A stretch of DNA of 64,000 nucleotides from Tubulanus polymorphus (lineage: Eukaryota > Animalia > Nemertea): assembly GCF_964204645.1 (NCBI RefSeq), contig NC_134036.1, forward strand, positions 1,178,001 to 1,242,000. Direction: 5' to 3'. Shown here piece by piece: positions 25,901 through 39,838 of the stretch. Positions within the stretch are counted from its first letter, which is position 1; each line of letters starts with the position of its first letter. Position numbers and translations under genes: made by a program. A model generated the notes under the pieces. The model had not been told where the DNA came from and ran no database searches. It saw only the letters and a program-made list of their open reading frames with translations.

Positions 25901-28900
25901 CGCGTCCGACAAGGCAGCGGTGGCGCCACCTGTCGTTAAATTAGAGAAATCGCTCGATTGTAAAGTTTGCGAGAAGCGATTCTCGCGACAGTCCGACCTG
26001 ACCAAACACATGGGCTGGTATCATCCGGTCGAGTTCGAAATACCGACCGCTCAGGTTGCCAAGGTGATCGCATCGCCGGTGTCGTCGTTACCGAGCGACG
26101 AGAAGGTGACGACGTATTGTCGGTGTAGTTTGTGCGGGCGATCGTTCTCGCGTCAGTCGGATCTGACGAAGCATTACGCGTTACATCACGCGGAGCAGTT
26201 CGATCTCGCGCCTCCCGATAAACGCACGTACGCATGCCACAGCTGCGACAAGGTGTGGTCGCGTCTGTGTGACCTGTCGCGCCATATCTCGCGCAAACAT
26301 AGCAACAACGACAACGACGACGGCAACAATGAAAACGAATCTGAGCGTTCGTACGAATCGTCGTCGTCGTCGGTTAAGCCGTCGTTGTCGTGCGCGACGT
26401 GCGATAAAACGTTTTCGAGGAAATGCGATTTCACGCGTCACATGTCGAGATACCACGACGATTCGAAACCGCGCGCTCGCTCGCCGCAGCCGGCCGTCGC
26501 TCGGCAACAACAATCGGGTTTGAAATCGAGCGAAATGTCGTTGTTCGCGTGTAAAATCTGCGATAAAAATTTCGTACGTCAGTCCGATCTGACGAAGCAC
26601 ATGAGATCGAATCACGCCGACGCGTTACTAGCCGCCGCTACCGATGGCGACAGTTCCATTGTTGCCGATAGTCGCGAGAATATCTGTAAAATCTGTAATT
26701 ATCGTTTCATGCAACGCGTAACGTTTCGCAATCACATGCAACAATTTCATTCGGTTAAGATCACGTCACCCGCGGTAACTACGACGCCGACGAAGATGAG
26801 CGGGCGCGTCGTTGAAACGGAGAACTGTCGCAACAATCAACATCGTTGTTCGTTTTGTTCGAGGCTGTTCCCGACCCGGTACGCGTTGTTGAAACATCGG
26901 ATGTTTTGTCGACGCGAACGAAGGACAGATGGCACCACCGTCGGTCATCGACAGGCGACCGCGAAGAATAATAAATGCGCGCACTGCGACATGGCGTATC
27001 ATCGAGCGTACGATCTGAAACTACACGTCAGTCGGTGCCACCTGGTGGACGCGGCGAAAACTGAAACCGACGAGACGGACGACGTCGACGGCATCAACCG
27101 CCGTAGCTCGGTAAAGAAGGAAACCATAGCAACGAAGAAAGATATTGTTGACGATGATGATGATGATGATGATAATGATGAAAAAGAAGAGAACCGCGGT
27201 AGATCAGTAAAGAAGGATGATGTTGATGATGATGATGAAGAGGAAATGATGAAAAGTTCCTCCTCGTCGGCAGGAGAACATTATTGCGCAATTTGTCGGA
27301 AGTCGTTTGGCAGACGCTGGACCCTGAAGAAACACATGTTGAATATACACGATCAGAAACTGGCGAAAACGAAGAAATTTACAACAATCCGCAAATCACC
27401 GTCGGGAACGCATCGTCCTCAGAGATTTTGGTGTAGCTATTGTCGAGTAAAGCTCGACGACACGGAACAGCTCGTTAAACACCGATCGGAGCACGTCAAG
27501 TGTCGCCAGTGTCCGGCGTGGTTCGCGTCGCGCTTCAAAATGGCCAACCACGTCAAACACGCTCATCCTCGTAACCGTGACAACTCGTATAAACCGGTCA
27601 CCAGCGGCGACGATAGTAAGAAGGTTCGAAAGGGGCAGGTTACGAAGAATAAAACGAAGGTTACTAACGACGATAAGGTCGCAACAATGGCGGCGGTCAC
27701 GGGTAAGAAAGACGCCAAGGGAAACAAGTGCGCGGCGATCGTCAAGGAAACCGCGGATAAGACTAATAAGAAAGGATCGAGTAAAGAATCGTTGAAACTC
27801 AGCGATGTTTCCGACTCGCAGGTGGCGCTGGCGTCACAGGATGGTACGGGTATCGATACGGTTGATTCGGCGGTGTTCGAGCGTACGACCGATCGACCGT
27901 TCAAATGCGCGTTGTGTCCTCGTACATATAAATCGAAGAAAGCGTTAAAAAATCACGGACGAGCGTCTCACGCTAATGCCCCGGCAACGACGACAACAAT
28001 AGCCGCGACAACGGGCGAAACTCGAAATAAAGTCGCCAAGAATTCGGATGAGCAAAAAATTAAACTACCGGTCGGATTCTATTCGAAAAAACGCAAGATT
28101 CAAGTCACCGTTACCGACAAGAAACGACCTATTGTTGCCGCCAAGAACGTTACCGCGGTTACGACCGCCGCGGCGGCAAAGAAGAAACGTAAAACGACGA
28201 AGAAATTCGACTGTTCGAAATGTAGCAAATCGTGCGCCGGTTACCACGACCTGATGCGACACTGGCGCGCTAAACATCAACAGAATAAACGTAGCAACGC
28301 CAACAATGCTGCAGTTACCGCGACGACAACGGCGAGAAAGAACAAAGCGAAGAAACTGAAGCCGTCGTCCGTAGAGACGAAGGCAACAATGAAAAATAAT
28401 AAAATTCATCATTGTCAGATTTGTTCGTTCGCGTTCGGTCGTCTGGACGACCTGGCGGCTCATCTGAAACAGCACGCAGCGGTGGCGCCACTGCAGGTCG
28501 TATCACCGCCGCCAACACCCGTCAAACACCAGGGGGCGCCGTCGCGATCGTCGCGTTCACCGAAAAACAACGAACAACGATCGACTAGATCGTCTTCGCC
28601 GTCGGAAAAGACTAAAAAGCGGTCGGCGTCTTCGAGTCCGGATAAAAGTTCGCCGAAACGCAGTCGGGTTGTCGCGACGACGAAAAGGTCGGACAACAAT
28701 GAGGAGGGTAAACGAGGAACGGATGATAAATCATCGACGACCAGTTGGCCTCATAAATGTCAGATATGTCGCGAGGGTTTCCCCGATATGGACACGCTCG
28801 CCAGACATTTAAAAACTCACGTCGCCATCAATAATCAATCGCCTAGCAACAATAATAATAACAATACGAACGACGGAGCGATGAAAGAAGGTCGTCGTAG

Positions 28901-28919
28901 GTTAGCGGTACGATCGTAA
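22952..28919 (+). CDS. ZAD (zf-AD) plus multi-C2H2 zinc-finger protein, about 1636 aa, 3 coding exons
   Basis: Exons 22952-23890 (phase 0), 24296-24728 (phase 1) and 25381-28919 join in frame (4911 nt). N-terminal CVFC...PNKACLLCLNRI matches the ZAD pattern. I count 19 fingers (17 C2H2, 2 C2HC) in the last exon. Confidence 0.88.
24925..25038. mobile_element. MITE, family C
   Basis: TIRs gggcccagttccacagtt...aactgtggaactgggtcc. Partial copy at about 24756-24830. Confidence 0.7.
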
Positions 28920-29954
28920 TCGAGGTCCGACTTGGTGCGCCTCTATTTGGGCCTAATTTTCATGCAAAAATTTTGTAATGTCTGATTGTAAAGTAACTTG
29001 TTCCACTTCAAACAAAAAGCTAATTTTAGTTCGATTGTTTTTAAATGTTTTTACTTGAGTTATTTGTTGTTTTTTTTAATGAATTTAGTTTTTCTCACTA
29101 CACCTTGTTAGACAAGTTTCAGGACATTCAGTTGGGCACGTTCAGATCTACTTATTCTCAACTTAGTAATAGCAATAATACGCCTAATAATTTGCACTAG
29201 TTTATAAGGACTTATTATTTATTGATATCATCAAGGATTTGACAGGATTTATTGTTTTCAAAAGCTTTTATGAAGTTAACAATGCACTATTTTTTTACTT
29301 AAGGCAGCCATCTTGAATTGCTTGTGATTGTCTGACTGCTGGGTACTCTATTGTTTGGGCCCGGTCTTGATTACGAGTATTTCTTAAAAGAGTCTTAATC
29401 TGAACAGTGGCTTAAAAAAAGAAAATAAACGTTTTGGTCTAAATGTTATTTTGGTTTAGTTGTAAAAATGATTTTTTCTGATTCTGAAATTCAAAACAGC
29501 AATATATTTCTAATTTTGCACTGATTAGTTGAAGCATATATCTTGTGATTTGAAGTAATATTGGTTGTTTTCAAAAGCTTGTTTTCTGAAATTCACAATT
29601 CAGTTTTTCTCATGTTCTGCACTGGTAATTGTTATGAGCTGGTTTCTTTGTTTGTGTATTACTCGATGAGTTTCTAATAGTTTTTAGTTATCATGATTTT
29701 TGTAGAAACCAGACTCAGGAGTTGTATGGATTGAAGATCAGTGATGTTGTTTATTATTTGACTGAAGTGATAACATTTCTACTTATCTTGGTGAAAAATT
29801 GAAATTTTCAGTCTTTCACGCGGTTTTCTCGGTAAATTACCAAACGCTGGGTCTAGGGTCCAGTTGCATTGTAGCCTAGTGACTAGCCTAGTCCATAAAT
29901 TGGTCTTCTTAATCTTGAGACTTGTCTTAAATTGTTAGAATGATCAAGGAAGCA

Positions 29955-30280
29955 TAATGAGCTTAGACTGGTCTTGAAGTTGTGTTCAAATAGGTTACAG
30001 AACCAAAATGAGCTTAGACTGGTCTTGAAGTTGTGTTCAAATAGGTTACAGAACCAAAATGAGCTTAGACTGGTCTTGAAGTTGTGTTCAAATAGGTTAC
30101 AGAACCAAAATGAGCTTAGACTGGTCTTGAAGTTGTGTTCAAATAGGTTACAGAACCAAAATGAGCTTAGACTGGTCTTGAAGTTGTGTTCAAATAGGTT
30201 ACAGAACCAAAATGAGCTTAGACTGGTCATAAGTTGTTGGATTGGTTATAGAACCAGAATGAGTTTAGACTGGTCTTCAA
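29955..30280. repeat. 51-bp minisatellite inside a family A MITE (probable 3'UTR)
   Basis: About 6 copies of aaatgagcttagactggtcttgaagttgtgttcaaataggttacagaacca. Confidence 0.9.
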
Positions 30281-31261
30281 TCTAACCTATAACTGTGCAT
30301 AACTGGGTCAAGGGTTCTTATAATTTTCAGTACCGGTACTACCATCTATTATTGTGATCAAGGTCATCTTAGTTTTGCTAGTAAAATTTTACAAAATGTT
30401 AATTTCAATCATTGAAATCAAAACTTAGGCTTAATTAAACTTTATATCTTGATTATGATCTTCATATTGTGATTATTTTTTCGCTTTAAGTTTGTCGTTG
30501 GTTTCTATTTTTTTATTTTCTGCAGTTTTAAATTCGGCTTCTGTTAAGTGAAAAATTCGTGAATAACAAGTAAGCAAAATTTAAAGTTAAATCCCGCAAC
30601 CATAAAGAAAATAAACTAAATGAGCATTTTGACTTTTCGACCCAATCCTATGGGCCATTTTTCTGTTATCAAATCGAAAAAGGTCTTTGAAAATGGCCCA
30701 TCTTAGAATTGGGTCTAAAGGTTTAAATGCTCACTAAGTTCTTATCTTTATTGTGAGTTTTTACCTCAAATAATATTTAGACATCCACTTGTCTATGGGA
30801 AACCATGTAATCGTAAAAATTGAATTCGTGTATTAATTAGTTAAATCCATTTTGATTATGCATTAAATAGTTAAAATATTAGTGATAATAATGAAATGAT
30901 AATGATCAATGATCAATGATTATTTATAAATGTAAATATAATGATACCGATAGAATTGTACGATAGATTTTTTTTAAAAATACAATGATGTGTTCATTAA
31001 TGATGTAAATCTTTGAGTATCTGGTTTCACGGAACTTGGTGGCTAATTCAAAGTCAATTCATATGCAACAATAATTTAAGGGATCATTCATTTATAGTGT
31101 GCGCATGAAATTCGACTTTTTCAAACCCAAAATCGGCCATTTTTTATGTACATTTATGCACTGATCCCTAATGCGGAATGTAATAAATGAATTAGCCCTT
31201 ACCTAAAGTGGAGTCTGATCAAATTAACTGTTGAACGAATTTAAGTAGCCTATAGGCATGT

Positions 31262-31485
31262 TAGGCTAAACTAAATTGATACCTTGTTTCTCCTAATCAG
31301 CCGGGTCATTTTGTAAACCACAATAGAATTTGTAATCTGTTCATTCTTATAGCTGCCGGGTTTGTTATATTAGCTTGATCATGATTTTAAAGAACATTGA
31401 TTTAGACAGTGTAGATAGGCAGCTGAGTCAACTTTTCAGCTTAGCAGAAATGAGAGAAACAAATTATCAATTTTGTTTAGCCTTA
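31262..31485. mobile_element. MITE, family D (Kolobok-like termini)
   Basis: TIR taggctaaac..aattgata / tatcaattttgtttagcctta. Same family as 47409-47634, 48348-48572 and 63443-63666. Confidence 0.6.
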
Positions 31486-32599
31486 CTCATGCTTACTATA
31501 ATATTTAGAATACATAGAAATTATACTATTAAATAATTATGAAAGTGTAAGATTTCAAGAGTATTTTTAGTGTTTTAAACAGGGTATGATACAACAGACT
31601 CGGTGTGACGAATGATTCTATTTGCATTGATACTATAGAATTTATAAATATACTTGTACAAATAACAGTCTGTTGCTGCTGAACAGTTAAAAACGTTAAG
31701 TTCTAAATTATCAATGTGTACAGCGCCTGATTGGATCAAATTTTTTGAAAAAATGACGACTTGGGGTTTTTCAGTGGCTAGCTTTTCTTCTATGCCAGAC
31801 CCTGGAGCACCTAACAGACCCTAGGGCAGCCCACAGGGTCTGTTATCCTATCCTACCCTAGGCAGACCCTCGGAAACTTAACCAACCCTGGGCAGTCCCT
31901 GGGGCACCTAACAGACCCTGGGAAACCTAACTGGGCAGCCCCTGGGGCACCTATCAGTCTCCGCATTTTTTATCAAAAATACTCGAAACAAATGCATTTT
32001 ATAATATTGTATGTTACTATGCTATATATGTACGTGTCTATGTGTGATCATTAAACTATTTGTTAATAAATAACCATTCACTTCGTGTTGTTGAATGTAC
32101 GATCTTTTTAGTGTTGATATTTATTTAGAATTATTAAAGATGGTTTACGGGCGACACGCTATGAGGACGGGCTTTACTTCCGGTGGGATAAGAGATGAGA
32201 ATTGAGTGAGCTATAATAATGGACTCTATTGTGTTTGTTCGCTGAATCGGTCGTCGGTTTTCTTGAACATTACAGGACTGGGCTTATGACATCTTCATCC
32301 GTCAAGGGATTCGAACCCACTAAGCTAAAGTCGTTCCCAGAGCAAAAAGCGAAGTGGGAGCGAGTTCGGGAGCGAATTCGGGCCCCTGGCAAGCGAGGAT
32401 CGGTCTATGAACGGATCGATTGAGTTAATTGTTTTAAGAGGGCGCCACGTGCCGGTCTAAGGAGACAAATTTTTCATTCGTTATGCAAATATAATTTTCA
32501 AAAATGTCTGACACTTGACACGGTTCGATGATAAAAACTCACTTCTGTGGGGATGATAAATGAATTGGTCTTTGATGATAGATAACAAGGACGACCAGA

Positions 32600-33730
32600 A
32601 GTATCAAATTTATGGTTGATTGATGACGCGAGTGAGGAGCTTGCTGGAGAATCAAATGGGAACCGTTGTTTCTCCCATAACTTTACTTGAATGGGGTATA
32701 CGAGTCTCTATAGTCTGGTCCTAATTTATTAACCGAAACACTCACTTCCGCGATGACGTCACAATATAAAAACCATGTTCCTAAATGATGGTAACATTTT
32801 TACAATGTTCCCTGTATATGAGTCCCTAAAGTCTGTTCATAATTATTTACCCGAAGAGGAACTGCTGATAGGATGAACAAAGATGGAACTTCCTTACCTC
32901 ACAGTCTTTGCCAAGCCAAAAATATCGTGCCATTTCCAATATTTAAAGTGTTATTCCCAAAATCTCTTTGAAATTCACTTTAGCCCATGTAGAATCTGTC
33001 ATGTCGACAGTCATTGAGTTATAGTTCTATTCTCACATCCAGGAGTCCACCGGAAGATACCGGAATGCATCCATTAATCCCATCATAAATCCGTTAAGGG
33101 AGTGGATAATACGCACACTACCGGTATGTTTAAGTTATCCCTGCCCCTCTTCTGCAAGCCCTACAAGCTGACCATACTAATAACACCTTCATGTGTGTAC
33201 ACGAATATACCAAGGCGAAGGATCAAGAAATGACCTCGTTAGGGATGATCAACTCTTTACATAACCGCTCAAATCTTTGACCTGATTCGGTTAGATTTCA
33301 TCGTAATCAATGAATAGATGAATTGGAACGGAGAAGGGGTGGTGGTATACATACCACAGGTCGTGTGACAGGATTGTGCCCTCGTCTCGAGTCACTTGTT
33401 AGGCCACTGAAAGGGACACCATCATCTCCCAAGGGGATGAAGAAAAAGGGTTCGATTAAGACTCGCAGTTATAAGTTGATTACTCCAAAATTGAAAGTAA
33501 CCCCCCTCGTGAAGATGTCGATTTCGTAGAACTTGGGCCTCGGAGCTTCCCGAGATCTGCCATCTTCTAGATGTGAAAACTGGAATATTGTGCCGGCCCC
33601 ATAAAATCCCACGTGATATTTTTTTGGGACAACCCGACACTGTTTCAACTCCTCATGCGGGACCATGGTCCATAACGTTCCCCAAACCTGATACAACTCT
33701 GTCTCCTTTGGAAAAAAACACAAGACCATG
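32600..33730 (-). mobile_element. Degenerate Ty3/Gypsy integrase relic
   Basis: Across frameshifts, motifs occur in integrase order: VVPKKY...HNIPV..SHL...RPKFY (zinc-binding region), GVPF, IPNEVIS, AYYP..NG, YR..PHSS. Many stop codons. Confidence 0.5.
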
Positions 33731-34044
33731 ACACAAACCGTTCACTCAAACAACAACACTGATTTCTGTGTTTGTCATGAAGAATAATGTATTAAAATCA
33801 CATATCTTATACTTTGTATGAAATAACAATAATATCGTTCCGTTAAAACAAAATATTCAAAAATTCGAAAAAAATGTTTCAGATACTTAGTGTCCACAAC
33901 GTAAGCGCTTTGTTTTAAACCCATTACCACAATTTTCACTGACTTCGTCCTCACTTACAGACCCTGGAGACCACGAGTATAAATTTTTACGATGAATTAA
34001 ATTGATTTGATTAGATTATTGAAGATTCACATTCGTCCATTCCT

Positions 34045-37000
34045 TCACTTCCATACTTCATATAGACAGTAACTGAATCACAGCTGGTTAAGGAACACAA
34101 TGTTGAAGTTATCGAGAATGAGAAGGTCGTTATTAGTAACTAATCATAATTTTACTGAATCGTTGAAGTTATCGAGAATGAGAAGGTCGTTATTAGTAAC
34201 TAATCATAATTTTACTGAATCGTTAAAGTTATCGAAAATGAGAAGGTCGACATTAGTAACTAATCATAATTTTACTGAATCGTTGAAGTTATCGAGAATG
34301 AGAAGGTCATCATAAGTAACTAATCGCAACTTGTATCGTTGAAGTCATTGATGACGAGAAAGTCGTCATTAGTTTGATCTTACCGAAGCTGGAACAGCCT
34401 ATAAAATGCGGCTGTGTATTGTATATAAAGGATACGTTTCATGGAACGATGGAACATGCCGAGCCCTCATTTCAAATTTAGCGCCTAAAGTTTTGATGTC
34501 ATTCTCGAATTGTGTTCGATAGTCGAGTCCACTCCAGCAGTTTCCCTGCGCGGATAGAAACAAAAACATATATATCATAGACTAACGTGCAGAGTGGATA
34601 GATAAAGGGGCATAAATCCCCCTAATGACATATCACCAAACTTCAGAGATCCCCCATGACATAATCAAATTCAAGTGGTGATATAAACACTTTGTACAAA
34701 GATGGCTGTCTCCATAAATTCCCCTATGACATTATTAAATAATGACGTCATAGATGGTATCATCATTTTGATGTGGTGATACCTGCTGAAAAGAAGTGCC
34801 TGTCCCATTAGTCCCCTCTACGACACCATCAAATAGAAATGGTACAGATATAGGCCTAGACCCCAAAATATAATGACTATTCTCCTAAATCTCCCTAATG
34901 ACAATAATCAACCTGATACTTCCAGAAAGAATGGTTGCCTCCATTAATCCCCCTATGACATCATGAAAGAAAACCTTCCTAGAGTGGATAGATAGACTGG
35001 CATAAATCCCCCTAATGACTCCATAGATCCCTCTTTGACATCATCAAATTCAAGTGGTGATACAAACACTTGTACTAAGATGGCTGCCTTGATAAATCCC
35101 ACTCTGACATCATCAAATGACTTCATAGATCCCAAAAGATGGCCACTACCACGAATTCCCCTATGACATCATGAAAGAAAACCTTTCCTATATTCTGTAC
35201 TTACTCTGGCTAGATATTTTCCGTTTGGTTTCAGCACATTCAACGACAATTCCAGAATCATACTGCAAGACTGGAAATCATAGTTGTAACCTGAAAATAG
35301 AGGAGGAAAATCCAACGACCGTTAGATTTGAAATTTAACCGTTAGATTTCAAATTTTCATACTTCCTTATATGGAGAAACTGAGGAATTCTCCCGACTTA
35401 CCTTGATTCGCCTTGTCGACCGGAAATTCAGTCAGATCGTTCACTACGAAATCAAAATGGATGCCTTTCGATTTGTAATGTATCAACTTCTTTATGCAAT
35501 CGTCAATTATAATCTGAAACGAGAACAAAAAACGATCAGTGACGATCAAATTCCGACATACGTCATGCTAGACAGCCTACGTCCAGAGGAACTAGCTCAG
35601 ATGGTAGAGCGCTCGCTTTGCATGCGAGAGGTACCGGGATCGATGCCCGGGTTCTCCAAGGTATTCTTTTTTGTCAAACCCGACATTAATGAGGACGACA
35701 CGCCAAGACGAGACCGTTTAGAAACATGACAGGGGAACTAGCGCAGATGGTAGAGCGCTCGCTTAGCATGCGAGAGGTACCGAGATCGCTGCCCGGGTTT
35801 CTTTTTGGTCAAACTTTATTTGTTACCCCTGACCTTTCTTTTATTTATCTATCTGTGTTCTTAGGGTGTGGACGAACAATGTTTGACTGAATCATGGCGA
35901 ACATGACGGATTGATATCTTTTTCGATCATATTTACGTACCTCGTGATTTTTTCCTTTAAACTCATCCATCGTATCTCCACAAACACTGCGCATATGTTT
36001 ACGACAAGCTTTTATCACTTCTTCGTCAATCTGTACGAAAAAAAAAATCATCTAAATAGATTTTACACAGCATTAACGGACAGTTCATTTGCAACCACCA
36101 TTTTCAACTACTTTAATCTCTGGTTGCATTCAGGGGAAGAGATATGTCATGGCAGCAATGGTACCAGAACTGGAAGAGTGAGACATCTCTGGTTGCATTC
36201 AAGGGAAGAGATATGTCATGGCAGCAATGGAACCAGAACTGGAAGAGTGAGACATCTCTGGTTGCATTCAAGGGAAGAGATATGTTATGGCAGCAGAACT
36301 GGAGGAGCGAGACATCTCTGTTTGCATTCAAGGGAAGAGATATGTCATGGCAGCAATGCTGGCAGAACTGGAGGAGCCAGAAATCTCTGGTTACATTGAG
36401 GGATAAAGATATGTCATGGTGGTAGACCTGGAAGAGCGAGATGTGGTGCCAACTGAGAAAGGCATATCTATACCTCGACCATGGTGACCATTTTAACTTT
36501 CTCTTTCACAAGTTCATGTATGAGACCGCCATCACCGCCGCCGAGAATCAGCACTTCTTTTCCTTTGTAATCCTCCCTGCGTTCGGCTCCGATACCCAAC
36601 AACGTATCCATGTAAACTCGGTCGCTCTCACCGAACACTTAAATATAAATATAATTATTTATATTAATATCTGATTAATGCATATGTTTTATTGGCAAAT
36701 AAGGAATTGAAGAATTTTATTACAAAGATGGAATCTTCGTTTTTTCGTTGTAGGACATCCGGTGGTCTCCTTGTTGAGGTAAAGGACGCCCCCTGGTGAC
36801 GAGTTGAGATACTTGAAGAGATGTAGGATGCCCCTAGTGACGGGGATACTAATTAATACCCTCGTTGAGGTGTAGGACGCCCCCTAGTGATGGGGATACT
36901 CACTAATACCCTCGTTGAGGTGTAGGACGCCCCCTAGTGACGGGAATACTAACTAATATCCTCGTTGAGGTGTAGGACGCCCCCTAGTGACGGGAATACT

Positions 37001-39792
37001 TACTAACATCCTCGTCTAGATGCAAAACGTTGCCGAATTCTTTGCTGTGAAGGATTTTGATATTTTGCCATTTGGAGTCGGAATTGTGAACGAGTTTATC
37101 GTAGTCGAACTCGAGCAGACGTTCGTCGGACGACGCGTAATATCTCCACAGGTTATCACCTCGTAATACCGGGCAATACAGACTGTAATACAATAGCAGT
37201 ATCTCAAATCAATATCGGATATATCAATCTCATCGCGAACTAGTGAACGAGAGAAAATTAAATTTGATAATTCATTCGATGAATATCGATTTAAATCTCA
37301 TGTGTACAACAGTGAATCTCAGAAATAATTCGATAATTAAACTTACTTCTATTAAGATATACTAATCGAAAAAATAATGAATATTGATTGATATATTATT
37401 GATTGATTGATATAACAATGATTGACCTATATATTATTTATTGATCGATATAATATTGATTGATCGATATAAAATTGATTGATACTGATATTATTGATTA
37501 AATATATCAACAGTTTGTTAGAGCATAATATCGCTGCGTTAGTCGAGTGGCTCCCAAAATACCCTGCTACACGATATAGTCAATTAAACAAATCACATCA
37601 AACGATACATCAATTTGTGTGCATTTGGATGAATTAGTAGGAGGACGGTTTTCAGAAATATATATATAGAGAGAATTCAAAAAGATTAAAAAGCGAATTT
37701 TATTTATCAAGAATTAAGACAAAAAAAAATCTTTACGCCAAGCTCCTAGTGCAATGAACGATAAGACAATGAACCCATAAACCGTCAATTACCTGCTTAC
37801 TACGAGAATTACTAAAATAGCTTGTTCTCCCTTCGCACCTGACGACAATCTCTAGCGAGAGTTCGAAACCACGTGTGCATCTTTATATCAATTCTTGATA
37901 AATAAAATTCCAATATCTAATTTTTCTAAATTCTGTATGTAGTTGCGGGTAATATGATTATCCGTAGCCTTCACGTTCCGGGGGTACGGGTGGCTATTTT
38001 AGCATAGCGAATTGAATGAAATAGATGTTGTACCTGCGACTGCTAACGCACAATGAACCGAGATGACTTTTCAATTTGTCTTCGATTGTTCGAGCACACT
38101 GCGCATGCGTGGACAATATGTGGAAATAATGAAAAAAAGATTTTTTGAAAAGAGAGAATAAGAAAAGAAGAAAAACATGCTTTAGTATTTTTAAACGTGA
38201 GTGACAAAATATCATAAGGCGGCCATCTTGGATCAGCAGACACCGGCGAAAATATCCGAGCATCAAAATCCAAGATGGCCGCCTCTGATATTTGAAATGC
38301 GTAAATTTAGAAGCGACATTTCGTCACTTTCCAAACGGCTTTGTAAGCTATATGGCTAAATATATAACGTAATTGATGAGCTTTTCGACTCAATTTTCGA
38401 CTCAATAATCTACGAGTCATTTACAAAACCTCCTCTACTTTCTTTCAATGCACCCCTGTCTAAAATACCCAGTGCACAGAGTCTAGTCCTCGTTTTCAGA
38501 CAACCTATCTTCAGCCCTATTTCGCGCGAAAAAATGTAAACTGATATTTTATAGGTTTGAATTAATAACCTTTGGTTGCTTCCAATTCGGGCCACGCTAG
38601 AAAACAATTCCGTCGGCTAGAGACAAGACATGTTTTGTGTCCTCGCGCGAGATAACTAAAAATGGGCCATTTTAAATTTTCACTCTTTATGTAAAAAGTA
38701 TTTTATCTTGCCTCTACGCTTTAAGAAAAATGTTTTACTATGGCCCAAATCAGCGACTTTATGATGATGATTTCAATGTGGCCAACTATTCAAACTCAAC
38801 CGTTTTTTTTAAATCTTGAAATAGGGATTGTCCCTGTTATCTATTTGGTTGGTAAATTTCATTTGATTTTCATTCATAGAGTGTCCCTTACAAACACCCA
38901 CCAAACCATTTTTAAGCGTTAAGCTTTTCCGAAAAACTATTCGACCCTGACCTCCACGAACAAAAGGCTCTATATTCCGACCATCTGTAGTGTGGGGGCG
39001 CTGTTAGATACAAAACCGCGCGTTAATTGGTTAGCTGGAACGTATGAATAAACATAACATATGCCAATCAAACATTGAATGGGGCGTGGCTTATTTAGCG
39101 TTCAAACTTTTTAAAACAATCTATCAAAATGTAGAAAACAATCATGAAATGTAATTAGAAAAACCGCGGTGCTTCAGTGGTTTGTATCAGAGTTTATAGG
39201 TGCTTGGGGACGACAAGCACTGTCCCTGGCATGCGACCATACACCGGATGTAACTAACAACTGACCCTTGCGTCTCGACTAGGTCGTCGCCCATTTTCGC
39301 GTTCATTTTGTGACGCATTTCTAAAGAAGTCTGAAAATTTCGGAATGAATTTCTGAGTTATCATGATATCTTCCAACGTTACCACCGTCGCCACCGCTGC
39401 CGCCGCCGCCGCTGCCGCCCTACAGCGCCTGCGTGTCGTCACGAATCCCTCGTATGACGTCATCGGAATGCAATAAACAATACCGTATCTGATATATCCG
39501 ATGACGTCATAGGTGGATTCGTGAAGATTAGCATGGTTTTTACATTTGAATGTGTGAGTCAAGGGCCGTGCCGCGAGTTTAGTTTTTGAGGGGTGGTTCT
39601 ATGCCAAGGGAAAGCTGCACTTTTTCACCGTGAAAATGGGCCAAAAATAAACCAAGAAATTGCATCCAAATTCGTTCGAAAAATCTTGACTCGATTTTTC
39701 GTTTTATACTGAGTTTTTGAAGGACACCCGAACCCTCCTCGGCACGGGCCTGTGAATGATGATAATGATAATGACGCCCTGGCATGCTAATG

Positions 39793-39838
<46 letters not shown>

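Noticed and set aside
25417-28699. Antisense and alternate-frame ORFs within the zinc-finger exon
   Set aside because: Shadow ORFs of a CG-rich coding exon with no independent signals.
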